From an uncultured delta proteobacterium (GTDB lineage: Bacteria; Desulfobacterota; Desulfuromonadia; Geobacterales; Pseudopelobacteraceae): a stretch of DNA of 64,000 nucleotides. The translations under genes and the position numbers were made by a program. Under the pieces are notes generated by a model. That model was not told the origin of the DNA and made no database searches. It saw only the letters and a program-made list of their open reading frames with translations. The stretch covers positions 64,001-128,000 of the forward strand of contig CAVYYZ010000024.1 of assembly GCA_963772835.1 (NCBI GenBank), given 5' to 3'. Positions 62,890-64,000 of the stretch are shown here, one piece after another. Positions within the stretch are counted from its first letter, which is position 1, and the number at the start of each line of letters is the position of its first letter.

Positions 62890-64000
62890 ATGGACGTTAT
62901 CACAACCCATACGAATGCCGACTTTGATTGCCTCGGCGCCATGACGGCGGCGCTGAAGCTCTACCCTGATGCGCTCCTCTCCTTTTCAGGGTCGCAGGAA
63001 AAGGCGGTGCGTGATTTTGTACTGCGGCATCCGGACTATCTGCCGCACTTTACCCGCGCCAAAGAAATCAATCTGGAATCAGTCACCCGCCTGATCATCG
63101 TCGATTGTCAGCACGCCTCCCGTATCGGCCGGTTTGCAGAAATTCTGGTTCGTCCCGGCCTGGAAATTCACATTTATGATCATCATCCGGTGACGGACGA
63201 AAGCATCCCGATGACCGGTGGAACAATTGCAGTCTGCGGTTCCGCTTCAACCCTTCTTGCTGCGAGGATTTTGGAAAAGGAGGTGCCTCTGACTCCCGAA
63301 GAGGCCACTCTGATCCTGCTCGGGATTCATGAAGACACAGGACGCCTGCTGTTTGCTTCGGCGACTCCGGACGATTACCGCATGGCGGGCTGGCTGCTGG
63401 AGCAGGGTGCCCGGCTCACCGTTGTCAGTGCTGCGTTGAAGCCGGAATTGACAAAAGCGCAGATGGGGCTTTTGAAGCAGTTACTGGCGACCGTCAAGAC
63501 CAGTACAGTAAATGGAGTAGCTATCTCGATAGCATATGCCTCCTGTGATCATTACATCGGAGATATTGCGTCGCTGGCTCACCTGATCCGCGATATGGAA
63601 AATATGGATGCGCTGTTTGTCGCGGTAGCCATGGAAGATCATGTCTATCTGGTGGCGCGCAGCCATACCCCCGAAATTGATGCCGGTGAAATTATGCAGG
63701 GTTTCCAAGGGGGCGGCCATGCTACCGCAGCCTCTGCAGTTGTGCATAATCAGACACTCAAAGAGGTGCTGGAACAACTTGACGGGCTCCTGCAGCAGTC
63801 CGTCAGAGAAGATGCAGTAGCAGGGAGGGTCATGTCGACTCCGGTTAAGACAATGCCCGATTCGATAAGTATTGCCGAAGCCCGCGATTTCCTGACGCGC
63901 TACAACTGCAACGCCATGCCGGTTATGGCCGGAGAAAAGATGGTCGGCGTCATTTCACGCAAGACGGTAGAGAAGGCGCTTCACCACGAGCTGGGTGAAT
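62890..64000 (+). CDS. DHH-DHHA1-CBS protein, probably the N-terminus of an A-adding tRNA nucleotidyltransferase; truncated by the window edge
   Basis: Translated by hand: MDVITTHTNADFDCLGAM, IVDCQ, IYDHHP, GIHEDTG, GGGHATAASA, CBS MSTPVK; no stop seen before 64000. Confidence 0.75.
   Translation, partial: MDVITTHTNADFDCLGAMTAALKLYPDALLSFSGSQEKAVRDFVLRHPDYLPHFTRAKEINLESVTRLIIVDCQHASRIGRFAEILVRPGLEIHIYDHHPVTDESIPMTGGTIAVCGSASTLLAARILEKEVPLTPEEATLILLGIHEDTGRLLFASATPDDYRMAGWLLEQGARLTVVSAALKPELTKAQMGLLKQLLATVKTSTVNGVAISIAYASCDHYIGDIASLAHLIRDMENMDALFVAVAMEDHVYLVARSHTPEIDAGEIMQGFQGGGHATAASAVVHNQTLKEVLEQLDGLLQQSVREDAVAGRVMSTPVKTMPDSISIAEARDFLTRYNCNAMPVMAGEKMVGVISRKTVEKALHHELGE

Noticed and set aside
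63481..63777. 98-aa minus-strand ORF
   Set aside because: Antisense to the DHH-CBS gene starting at 62890, which the ORF track omits because it has no stop in the window

Overview
Mostly core chromosome of a Geobacteraceae/Desulfuromonadales-type bacterium (inferred from gene content). In order: mtgA, a frameshifted rlmN, a DEAD-box helicase, a YhaM-like HD nuclease, a dusB-ntrB-ntrC-type operon, tat, beta-carbonic anhydrase, Hsp20, recO, mutS2 overlapping an orphan GspE/PilB ATPase with MshEN-like repeats, an ovothiol synthase (ovoA) coupled to a YgiD dioxygenase, metH, CBS-DRTGG pyrophosphatase, rsgA, srkA, a type III PKS plus ICMT-family methyltransferase, a porin/pentaheme/large multiheme conduit with adjacent ResB/ResC genes, mscL, ppiC, folD, an unusual slyD, a 710-aa EF-hand membrane protein, a complete dcw cluster (mraZ to ftsZ) with a PilZ gene inserted between mraY and murD, an aminotransferase, glgP and a truncated DHH-CBS gene. 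I found no tRNA, rRNA, CRISPR array, prophage or transposase. Several small palindromic MITE/REP-like elements lie in intergenic regions. The best candidates for new biology are the conduit with CX4/CX5/CX9CH heme motifs and neighbouring maturation genes, the type III PKS pair next to it, the PilZ insertion in dcw and the ovoA-ygiD operon. All calls come from motif recognition by eye; no database searches were run.
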